Positions 44,450 to 52,106 of a stretch of DNA of 64,000 nucleotides are shown piece after piece. Made by a program: the position numbers and the translations under genes. The DNA comes from an uncultured Lachnospiraceae bacterium (lineage in GTDB: Bacteria; Bacillota; Clostridia; Lachnospirales; Lachnospiraceae): assembly GCA_910577175.1 (NCBI GenBank), contig CAJTLU010000013.1, positions 4,171 to 68,170 of the forward strand, written 5' to 3'. The notes under the pieces are model-generated. The model worked only from the letters and a program-made list of their open reading frames with translations. It had not been told where the DNA came from and made no database searches. Each line of letters starts with the position of its first letter. The stretch's first letter is position 1.

Positions 44450-45871
44450 ATGAGAAGGATGTTTCAAAAGCTGATAGCGGGGGTATGCTGTATGATGCTG
44501 CTTTGTGGTACGGTTGCGTGTAACAGCCAGGGAAAGCCGGCAAACGGAAATGGAAAGGAGCCGGAGGTAACGTTGACACCAGAGCCGACGAAGGAACCGG
44601 ATGCAACAAAGAAGCCGGAGGCTACCATGGAGCCAACGAAGAAGCCGGAGACGACCAAAGAGCCGACAAAGGCACTGGAGGCGACTGCGACGCCAGAGCC
44701 GACGAAAGAGCCGGATCCGCAGGCAGAAGGAACCATTATGGAGGCGGCAGCAAAGCTTGGTTTCAGCTTTGGTACGGTGGCAAATGCTTATACCATCCGT
44801 GATTTGACGTTTAAGATGATGCTGATGGATGACTTTAACAGTATTACGGCAGCAAATGAAATGAAGGCCTATTCCCTGCTGGACCAGAAGGCATCCCAGT
44901 GGAGTTCGGACGGCATGCCGGTAATGAATTATACCCAGGCGGATGCGATTGTATCTTTAGCAGAGCTTTTGGGAATCGGCGTCCGTGGTCATGTGCTTGT
45001 ATGGGATGCCTATATGAGTGATTGGTTTTTCCGCGAGGGCTATACAAATAACGGTCCGTATGTAGATACGGAAACAATGAAGATACGGTTACAGTATTAT
45101 ATCGAAAAGGTAATTACGCACTTTGAGACGGAGTTTCCGGGCGTGGTTTACTGTTGGGATGTTGTGAATGAGGCGGTCGGCGACAGTACGTCGGATTATG
45201 ACGCTTCGGATGCACGCCATATCAGGACCCTGCGGAGCGGCGTCAAGAACCAGTTCTATCATATTATCGGTCACGATTACGTAGAGCTTTCGTTCCTTTA
45301 TGCAAAGAATACGGTAGAAAAGCTGCAAAAGGAAAATCCGGAGGTCAGCATTACTTTATTTTATAATGATTATAATACGTTTTTCCCAGAAAAGCGGGAT
45401 GCTATCTGCGCGTTGGTAAAGAGCATCAATAGCTATGCAAAGGACGCGGCCGGGAATTACCGGAAGCTTTGCGAGGGCGTCGGTATGCAAAGCTATATTG
45501 GCGGCTATGGCGTGCAGGAAGGGTGTATGAATCCGGAGGACATCGGGCGAATCAGAGAGGCAGTTTTAAAGTACCATGACCTTGGTGTAGAGGTGCATGT
45601 AACGGAAATGGCAGTCCGCAATTATGATGAGGAGCGGAAGGCGGAGCATGCAGAGTTTTACGGGGAATTGTTTAAGATGTATGCGGAGTTGAATGCGGAG
45701 GAAACATTAATCACGAATATCTCTATTTGGGGATTGAATGATAATCCGTGGATGGATAAGGAGAATTACAGCTATAAGATGAACGGTCCGTACTGCGGCC
45801 TGTTTGATGAGGATTACAGGAAAAAGGATGCCTATTATAAGGTGCTGGATGCATTGCAGCAGGCAGAATAG
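44450..45871 (+). CDS. Lipoprotein-anchored endo-1,4-beta-xylanase, GH10
   Basis: Lipobox GTVAC; E/P/T/K-rich linker. GH10 blocks VRGHVLVWD, WDVVNEA (acid/base), VHVTEM (nucleophile region). Confidence 0.9.
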   Translation: MRRMFQKLIAGVCCMMLLCGTVACNSQGKPANGNGKEPEVTLTPEPTKEPDATKKPEATMEPTKKPETTKEPTKALEATATPEPTKEPDPQAEGTIMEAAAKLGFSFGTVANAYTIRDLTFKMMLMDDFNSITAANEMKAYSLLDQKASQWSSDGMPVMNYTQADAIVSLAELLGIGVRGHVLVWDAYMSDWFFREGYTNNGPYVDTETMKIRLQYYIEKVITHFETEFPGVVYCWDVVNEAVGDSTSDYDASDARHIRTLRSGVKNQFYHIIGHDYVELSFLYAKNTVEKLQKENPEVSITLFYNDYNTFFPEKRDAICALVKSINSYAKDAAGNYRKLCEGVGMQSYIGGYGVQEGCMNPEDIGRIREAVLKYHDLGVEVHVTEMAVRNYDEERKAEHAEFYGELFKMYAELNAEETLITNISIWGLNDNPWMDKENYSYKMNGPYCGLFDEDYRKKDAYYKVLDALQQAE

Positions 45872-46047
45872 CTGTGTATTGTCTGCGGTTGCCTGAAAAT
45901 GACGGAGCGCAAGGCTTTGTCTGCTTGACAACCAGGTGAAATGCGGTATAATGAAATTGACTGCCGGTTAGAAGGCTGACCGGAGGGAGCTTCGGTTTTA
46001 GAGGAAAGCGGCAGAGAAAAAGAGAAGAAAAAGAAAGGGGAATTACA

Positions 46048-47091
46048 ATGAGAAGGATACAAAAAGTGGCTGCAGGTGTATGTTGTCTGGCACTGCTTGC
46101 CGGTATGGTTGCGTGCAAAAGTGCGGAAGAGGGAGAGTCAAAGGTAACGGAGCCTCCAACGGCAACTGTAACACCGACCATAGAGCCGACAGCAACCGTA
46201 ACGCCGACACCAAAGCCAACGGCAACGCCGACGCCGACGAAAGCTCCGGCAAAGATTGAGGATGCGGAGATTCCGGCAGATTACAAGAAGCTTAATAAGG
46301 AGTCTTTGGGAAAGGTAGAATATATTGAGTATCAGACGCATGATTATTTCGGAGACGGTGCTGAGATTACGAAACATGCTTATGTGTATCTGCCGCCGGA
46401 ATATGATGAGGAGAAGCAGTACGATGTGCTGTATCTGATGCATGGCATTGGCGGAGATGAGAAGGAATGGGGAATACATAACGCCTTTTCTACAGTAAAG
46501 ATTGCACTGGATAATCTGATTTATTACGGTGAGGCAAAGCCGTTTATTGTAGTAGTGCCGAACGGCCGCTCCAGTGCGAATCATGCAAGCACAGGTTCAA
46601 ACTTTAATTCTTTTTATGTATTCGGACAGGAGCTTAGGAACGATTTGATTCCGCACATAGATGCGAACTATGCCACCTATGCGGAGTATAGCGCAGACGG
46701 GTACGATTTGACGGCTGCTCGTGACCATCGTGCTATGGCAGGTCTTTCCATGGGAGGAATGCAGACAATTAACATCGGCTTATGTGAGTGCCTTGATATT
46801 ATGAGTTATTTCGGGGCGTTCTCGGCAGCACCGACAAGCAATACTGCGGCAACCATAGCCGAGAAGCTGAAAGACTTTGAGGAGTATGACATTCATTATT
46901 TCTATAACATCTGCGGCCTGAGTGACGGAACCGCGCTTGCGAGTGCAAGAGGTGCAGTGACCGGACTGGATGCCCTGACAGATAAGCTGACTGAGGGAGA
47001 GAATTTTATGTGGCAGACGGTAAGCGGCGCCCATGACTTTGGCGTATGGGATCTTGGCTTTTATAATTTTGCACAGCTTGTATTCCAATAA
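46048..47091 (+). CDS. Lipoprotein-anchored esterase (CE1 'putative esterase' type)
   Basis: Lipobox GMVAC with a signal peptide paralogous to the GH10 one. T/P linker. YDVLYLMHGIGGDEKEW; GLSMGG. Confidence 0.85.
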   Translation: MRRIQKVAAGVCCLALLAGMVACKSAEEGESKVTEPPTATVTPTIEPTATVTPTPKPTATPTPTKAPAKIEDAEIPADYKKLNKESLGKVEYIEYQTHDYFGDGAEITKHAYVYLPPEYDEEKQYDVLYLMHGIGGDEKEWGIHNAFSTVKIALDNLIYYGEAKPFIVVVPNGRSSANHASTGSNFNSFYVFGQELRNDLIPHIDANYATYAEYSADGYDLTAARDHRAMAGLSMGGMQTINIGLCECLDIMSYFGAFSAAPTSNTAATIAEKLKDFEEYDIHYFYNICGLSDGTALASARGAVTGLDALTDKLTEGENFMWQTVSGAHDFGVWDLGFYNFAQLVFQ

Positions 47092-47117
47092 GCCATATAA
47101 AATAGGAATAAGATAGG

Positions 47118-47157
47118 AAAAGAGCGGGCGCCCGGAAGGGACCGCTCTTTTTTCTCA
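47118..47157 (+). terminator. Rho-independent terminator
   Basis: aaagagcgg/ccgctcttt stem followed by a T-run. Confidence 0.75.
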
Positions 47158-47265
47158 TAAAGAAATACCGTGTTCCGCGAGTATATTGTCATTGCGCATA
47201 ATTCCTTGTTTCAGGGCTGCATCGCATACATTCGCATGAGCGATTTTATAGAGAGTTGTTATCCT

Positions 47266-48585
47266 TTATTCATATTGATATCCTTCAATCACCCAGTCAT
47301 ATTCCTTTAAATCCAAACCTTGTCCGCAATATTCACATTTGCCGCCGTTTAGCAGTGACAGACTTGTGCCGCAGGAATTACAGCGGTACACATTTACATC
47401 GTTGATACTTTGTGTCAGTGCGCGGATGCTTTTGATAAGACCAAGCTTCAAATAAGCCTTCTCCTGACGTACCCGGCCGTTTTCGTATCTGGTCAGCATC
47501 ATCCCGACTTTTACCTGCAAATGCTGAAAGTTATCGTCTGTCTGATAATCCATCAGAACGCATTCTAACAGTTTACAATCAATCACTCCACGATACCTTG
47601 CGATGAGCGTGGTCATGTCGCATACCGCAAACGGTCCGATTTCCTCCGCCGAACTTGCATAGCAGATACTGAGCAGTTTGTTGGAAAGATTTCCGATTAG
47701 AGTCTCTATTGAGAAATGTTTGTCCACATTTCGTATCTTTTCAAGCGTCTGACTTGTCTTGGCGGGTCCGCCAGTCATACTCTCCTTGGATTTCTTTCCT
47801 ACGAAAATCATCGTGAATACCGCCATTACACCAAATGCAAGCAGTGGAGCCAGCATCATCATGGAGCCGCCTGTATTGCTTCCAATCGCTAAAAGGGCAA
47901 TTACAATAATAACAAGAACCACATACATGGGTACAAAGTTCTTATGAATCGTAAAACCGTCCCTGCGTTGCGTCCAGTCCCCCGGGTTATATACGGAGGA
48001 AACCTTCTGCTTCAAATCTTCAATATGGAATTTGGTCTGACAATAGTCGCAACCGTCCACAAAACACTCCAACGTTCCTTCCCAGCCGCAACTCGGACAG
48101 ATATAATTCCCGTTCATGCTTTTGGACTGGATTATATAGTATTCTCCCTGCGATTTTTTCCTCTCATCCGACCAGACACAGCGGTTCCCGTCATAAAAGG
48201 TTTTTCTGTAATTCATCTCATCGCTGATTTTGCAAATTAAATTTTTACCGTCATGGCTATAGTCCCAATATGGATAACGCCGGTTTTCTTTCTTTACATA
48301 CTCTGTAGGCTCTATGTAATCATAATGCGCCTTCAGTCCGAGCGCCATGAGCCGCTTTTTATTGAGATAATGTGTATACCACAGGTTCTGTGTTGTCGTC
48401 ATAAATCCGTTTTCTGTAATCTGCGGACTGTTGTACCATGCCATCTCTTCCTGCTTGTATTCATTGACCAATTCCGTCATATCATTGTTCCAGACCTGGC
48501 AGGACGCGCTGTAACGGTTCTCATTCAATAACTGTGTCGTAACTTTTTTGAACTGGTTCCAATTATCTTTCAAATTATTCGCCAT
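47266..48585 (-). CDS. Membrane protein with two CxxC...CxxC zinc-ribbon motifs, unknown function
   Basis: CPSCGWEGTLECFVDGCDYC and CNSCGTSLSLLNGGKCEYC. Two central TM helices. AT-richer than flanks. Confidence 0.65.
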   Translation of the reverse strand: MANNLKDNWNQFKKVTTQLLNENRYSASCQVWNNDMTELVNEYKQEEMAWYNSPQITENGFMTTTQNLWYTHYLNKKRLMALGLKAHYDYIEPTEYVKKENRRYPYWDYSHDGKNLICKISDEMNYRKTFYDGNRCVWSDERKKSQGEYYIIQSKSMNGNYICPSCGWEGTLECFVDGCDYCQTKFHIEDLKQKVSSVYNPGDWTQRRDGFTIHKNFVPMYVVLVIIVIALLAIGSNTGGSMMMLAPLLAFGVMAVFTMIFVGKKSKESMTGGPAKTSQTLEKIRNVDKHFSIETLIGNLSNKLLSICYASSAEEIGPFAVCDMTTLIARYRGVIDCKLLECVLMDYQTDDNFQHLQVKVGMMLTRYENGRVRQEKAYLKLGLIKSIRALTQSINDVNVYRCNSCGTSLSLLNGGKCEYCGQGLDLKEYDWVIEGYQYE

Positions 48586-48586
48586 A

Positions 48587-48633
48587 TCATTGCCTCCTTA
48601 ATATATTATTTTACCATATTGAGGAGGCAATGA
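48587..48633 (-). promoter_or_regulatory. SD-sequestering hairpin in the 5' leader of the 47266-48585 gene
   Basis: 12-bp perfect arms tcattgcctcct (48587-48598, complement of the SD on the mRNA) and aggaggcaatga (48622-48633), with a 23-nt AT-rich loop. The arm abuts the start codon. Confidence 0.55.
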
Positions 48634-48750
48634 CAATGAGCTCATAGTCTCCTTAGAGCCTGCGGTGGATACGCATGAATTTGTAACAAAAGAGCAACAG
48701 CATTGTACCATGACAGAGTTTTCTTTTTGCATTTGTGGGCTTCTTTGGGA

Positions 48751-48798
48751 TTGAAGGCGTAACAATGTTATGATATAATAATACTGTAACATTGTTAC
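48751..48798 (+). promoter_or_regulatory. Promoter bracketed by two GTAAC-N3-GTTAC palindromes
   Basis: -35 TTGAAG, 17-nt spacer, -10 TATAAT (48774-48779). gtaacaatgtta at 48759-48770 and gtaacattgttac at 48786-48798. Confidence 0.55.
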
Positions 48799-48819
48799 AC
48801 AAGGAGGAAGGAGGCGCGA

Positions 48820-49221
48820 ATGGGACAGGAATTGATTTCAAAAAAGGAGCTGCTGGAATGCTATTCTATTTCCTATGGCGCGTTATACCGCTGGAAACGG
48901 AAAGGACTGATTCCGGAGGACTGGTTTATTAAAAAGTCGACGACAACCGGACAGGAGACATTTTTCCCAAGGCAGCGGATTTGTGAGAGAGTGGAACTTA
49001 TCCAGAGCCAGAAGGACGAGTATTCCCTGGATGAGCTGGCAAAGCAATTCAGTCAGGAATCGGAGCAGAAGGCGGCGCTCATTATCCGGACGGTATTTGG
49101 CGAGAAGGTATTTTATTTGAATGAAGTCCGGTCAGTGCGCTTAGAACGCGGAGACGGAAGCAGCACAGAAATCACAAGAGAGATTCTTGGACTGGCAGGC
49201 AAAAAAGAGAGGAGCTTATAA
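48820..49221 (+). CDS. YhbD/DUF4004-like MerR-type HTH protein
   Basis: [47 protein letters not shown]. Followed by a bactofilin gene, as at the B. subtilis yhbDEF locus (from memory). Confidence 0.7.
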   Translation: MGQELISKKELLECYSISYGALYRWKRKGLIPEDWFIKKSTTTGQETFFPRQRICERVELIQSQKDEYSLDELAKQFSQESEQKAALIIRTVFGEKVFYLNEVRSVRLERGDGSSTEITREILGLAGKKERSL

Positions 49222-49222
49222 T

Positions 49223-49954
49223 ATGGATATGACAATTTCAGGAAGCGGACAGATTGCAGCGGGGGAGTACGACAGGGTGAGAACGAGTGGAAGTGGACGG
49301 CTGAACGGTCTTGTGCGGTGCAGCAGTTTTCATTCTTCCGGTTCCGTAAACGGCGAGGAAATCGAGTGCAAAAATGCGTTTGTGACATCAGGCAGCAGCA
49401 GGTTCTCTAAAAGTGTAAGGGCGGAAAGTCTTTCCACGTCCGGCTCTTTTGCCTGCGGGGGAGATATTACGGTAAAGAAAGGGATGGGTTGCTCAGGGAG
49501 CAGTGAAAGCGGCGGAAACATTAAGTGCGGAACACTTATTGCGTCCGGGAGTTTCTCTGCCAGGGGTGATATCGAGGCGGAAACGGTTAAAATTGACGGG
49601 AAAGTAAAGTGCGACGGACTTTTGAATGCAGAGGAAATTACAATAAAATTTAAGTCCGGGTCGAAAATCAGGAATATCGGCGGCAGTAAGATAGTAATTT
49701 ACGGGCACTCCAATCCGGAGAAAAGGGTCAGATTGCCGTTGTTTTCTTCTTTAATGAAAAAAGGCGGGGGCGATTCTTTGTGTGTAGAAGAATCCATTGA
49801 AGGGGACAGTATCGCACTCGAAGGAGTCGCAGCGCAAAGGGTTTCTGGACGGGTTGTTGCAATCGGGGAGGGGTGTGAGATAGAGATGGTCCAGTACAGC
49901 GAAACTCTGGAAGTGTCGCCGGATGCAAAGGTTGGCAGAACAGAGAAAATTTAG
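49223..49954 (+). CDS. Bactofilin-like polymer-forming cytoskeletal protein
   Basis: Repetitive beta-helix-type pattern of G-S-x-x-(V/I)-x-G repeats. Start moved to ATG 49223 (SD agagagga). Confidence 0.7.
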   Translation: MDMTISGSGQIAAGEYDRVRTSGSGRLNGLVRCSSFHSSGSVNGEEIECKNAFVTSGSSRFSKSVRAESLSTSGSFACGGDITVKKGMGCSGSSESGGNIKCGTLIASGSFSARGDIEAETVKIDGKVKCDGLLNAEEITIKFKSGSKIRNIGGSKIVIYGHSNPEKRVRLPLFSSLMKKGGGDSLCVEESIEGDSIALEGVAAQRVSGRVVAIGEGCEIEMVQYSETLEVSPDAKVGRTEKI

Positions 49955-49990
49955 GGGGGCGGATTTTGAACGCCCCGCTTGAAAAGAAAA

Positions 49991-50020
49991 GGGCCGCGCC
50001 TGACGCGCAGCCCTTTTTTT
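49991..50020 (+). terminator. Rho-independent terminator
   Basis: gggccgcgc/gcgcagccc stem followed by ttttttt. Preceded by a second hairpin ggggcg/cgcccc at 49956-49976. Confidence 0.75.
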
Positions 50021-50139
50021 GTACTCTTTCTTACCATTCACGGCCCCTTCACACACATGCGCAAAATCAGCCGGCAAAGCTGTCTGGTGCTGTTGCGCAG
50101 CATTCTGTTTTGTTTATGTGGTGGAACGACTGATTTCAA

Positions 50140-50222
50140 CCGCATAAGAATTTTATACAGTTTCTTACAAGCAGGCTTGACGAATCTGTCTGCTGATTCT
50201 TATGCGGCTGTGAATCGTAACT
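50140..50222 (-). repeat. Hairpin element H2 immediately 3' of the hydA stop
   Basis: 12-bp perfect stem ccgcataagaat/attcttatgcgg with a 44-nt loop. Box ctgtgaatcgtaact. Paralogous to 52018-52107. Confidence 0.7.
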
Positions 50223-50227
50223 ATTTT

Positions 50228-51979
50228 TTACAGATTGTGAATCTTTCTCTTTACATAGGTCGTGTGGAGAATCTCATGTGCCTTATGACTGCCTGGCTCG
50301 CCGAGATAGCTCTTGTAAACCTCCTGTACGTCCGGATTCTCGTGGGAGAAGCGGAGCGTATTTGCTGCATCATACTCATAGAGCGCCTTTGCACGGATTG
50401 CACGGACATCCGTGAAGTTACGGACAGAAGCCTCAACCTGCGGTTGACCGCCACCGTTGACACAGCCGCCCGGGCAGCCCATGATTTCGATAAAGTGGTA
50501 ATTTGCTTCGCCATTCTTTACCTTTGTAAGAAGCTCCTTCGCATTCTTTAAGCCGGAAGCAACGGCTACATTAACCTTCATGCCGGCAACTTCATAGGTA
50601 GCTTCCTTGATGCCCTGTGTGCCGCGTACTTCGGTAAATTCAATCGGAGAGTCGTTCTTTTCTCCGGTGAGCTTCCAGACTGCGGTACGGAGAGCTGCCT
50701 CCATAACGCCGCCGGTTGCGCCGAAAATAACGGCAGCGCCGGTACCGGAGCCTAACGGGGAGTCAAACTCTTCGTCCGGAAGGTCGGTGAATACGATACC
50801 AAGACGCTTAATCAGTCTTGCAAGCTCCCTTGTAGTAATGGAAATATCTACATCAGCAACGCCTGCTGCGTTCTGGTCGTCACGGCCGATTTCAAACTTC
50901 TTTGCGGTACAAGGCATTACGCTGACGGATACGATATCCTTTGCATCGATGCCTTCCTTTTCTGCATAGTAGGTCTTTAATACAGCGCCGAACATCTGCT
51001 GCGGGGACTTACAGGAGGAAAGGTTCTCAGTCATATCCGGGAAGTAATGTTCGCAGTATTTAATCCAGCCCGGGGAGCAGGATGTAATTAACGGCAGTAC
51101 ACCGCCGTTCTGTACGCGGTCAAGGAACTCGTGGGATTCCTCCATAATCGTCAGGTCAGCGGAGAAATTGGTATCGAATACCTTCTCAAAGCCGATACGG
51201 CGGAGTGCCGCAGCCATCTTGCCCTGTACGCCGGTTCCCATCGGGTAGCCGAATTCTTCACCAAGAGCAGCACGGACAGCAGGAGCTACCTGAACAAATA
51301 CATGCTTGGACGGGTCTGCAATCGCTGCCAGAACTTCATCAGTGGAATCCTTTTCGTAGAGAGCACCGGTCGGACATACTGCGATACACTGTCCGCAGGA
51401 TACGCAGGCGGTTTCGCCAAGTCCCATATCAAAAGCGGATGCAATGTTCGTATTGAAGCCGCGGTCATTTGCGCCGATGACGCCAACGCCTTGTACCTTT
51501 TCACAGACAGCGGAGCATCTGCGGCAAAGGATACACTTATTGTTATCGCGAACCATATGAGCGGCACTTTCATCCAGCTCGTAGGTATTAACCGAACCAG
51601 TGTAGGCATCCTCGCACTCTACCTTTAAGTCCTTACAGAGCTTCTGAAGCTCGCAGTTTCCGCTGCGTACACAGGAGAGACACTTTCTGTCATGGTTGGA
51701 AAGGATGAGTTCCAGGGTCTTTCTTCTGGATGCCAATACCTTAGGCGTATTTGTGAATACTTCCATACCCTCGTTTACCGGGTATACGCAGGAAGCAACG
51801 AGGCTTCTTGCGCCCTTTACCTCTACCACACAAATACGGCAGGCGCCGATTGCGTTAATATCCTTTAAATAGCACAGCGTCGGAATCTCAATGTGAGCGA
51901 TTCTTGCTGCCTCTAAGATAGTAGCGCCTTTTGGTGCGGTAACGGTCATACCATTAATCTTTAAAGTAACGGTTTCCAT
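50228..51979 (-). CDS. hydA: [FeFe]-hydrogenase catalytic subunit (HydA of the HydABC / HndD type)
   Basis: N-terminal 2Fe-2S and 4Fe-4S cysteine motifs. H-cluster motifs TSCSPGW, MPCTAKKFE, EIMGCPGGCVNGGGQP. Confidence 0.95.
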   Translation of the reverse strand: METVTLKINGMTVTAPKGATILEAARIAHIEIPTLCYLKDINAIGACRICVVEVKGARSLVASCVYPVNEGMEVFTNTPKVLASRRKTLELILSNHDRKCLSCVRSGNCELQKLCKDLKVECEDAYTGSVNTYELDESAAHMVRDNNKCILCRRCSAVCEKVQGVGVIGANDRGFNTNIASAFDMGLGETACVSCGQCIAVCPTGALYEKDSTDEVLAAIADPSKHVFVQVAPAVRAALGEEFGYPMGTGVQGKMAAALRRIGFEKVFDTNFSADLTIMEESHEFLDRVQNGGVLPLITSCSPGWIKYCEHYFPDMTENLSSCKSPQQMFGAVLKTYYAEKEGIDAKDIVSVSVMPCTAKKFEIGRDDQNAAGVADVDISITTRELARLIKRLGIVFTDLPDEEFDSPLGSGTGAAVIFGATGGVMEAALRTAVWKLTGEKNDSPIEFTEVRGTQGIKEATYEVAGMKVNVAVASGLKNAKELLTKVKNGEANYHFIEIMGCPGGCVNGGGQPQVEASVRNFTDVRAIRAKALYEYDAANTLRFSHENPDVQEVYKSYLGEPGSHKAHEILHTTYVKRKIHNL

Positions 51980-52017
51980 GTTTTACCTCCAATTCGTTTT
52001 AAGATTACCAAGCTACT

Positions 52018-52106
52018 ATTCGCAGAATTGTATATCAAAGCAAACTCCTGCTTATAAGTAGGCTTGGCGCAGTCGCTTACTTTGATAAGCAGCTGCGAAT
52101 CGTAAC
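52018..52106 (-). repeat. Hairpin element H1 in the hydB-hydA intercistronic region
   Basis: Stems attcgcag/ctgcgaat and tatcaaag/ctttgata. Box ctgcgaatcgtaac abuts the hydB stop. Confidence 0.7.

Noticed and set aside
49979-50551. 190-aa plus-strand ORF.
   Set aside because: It spans two terminators and the hairpin repeat, then runs antisense into the hydA 3' end. It has no SD and is not credible.
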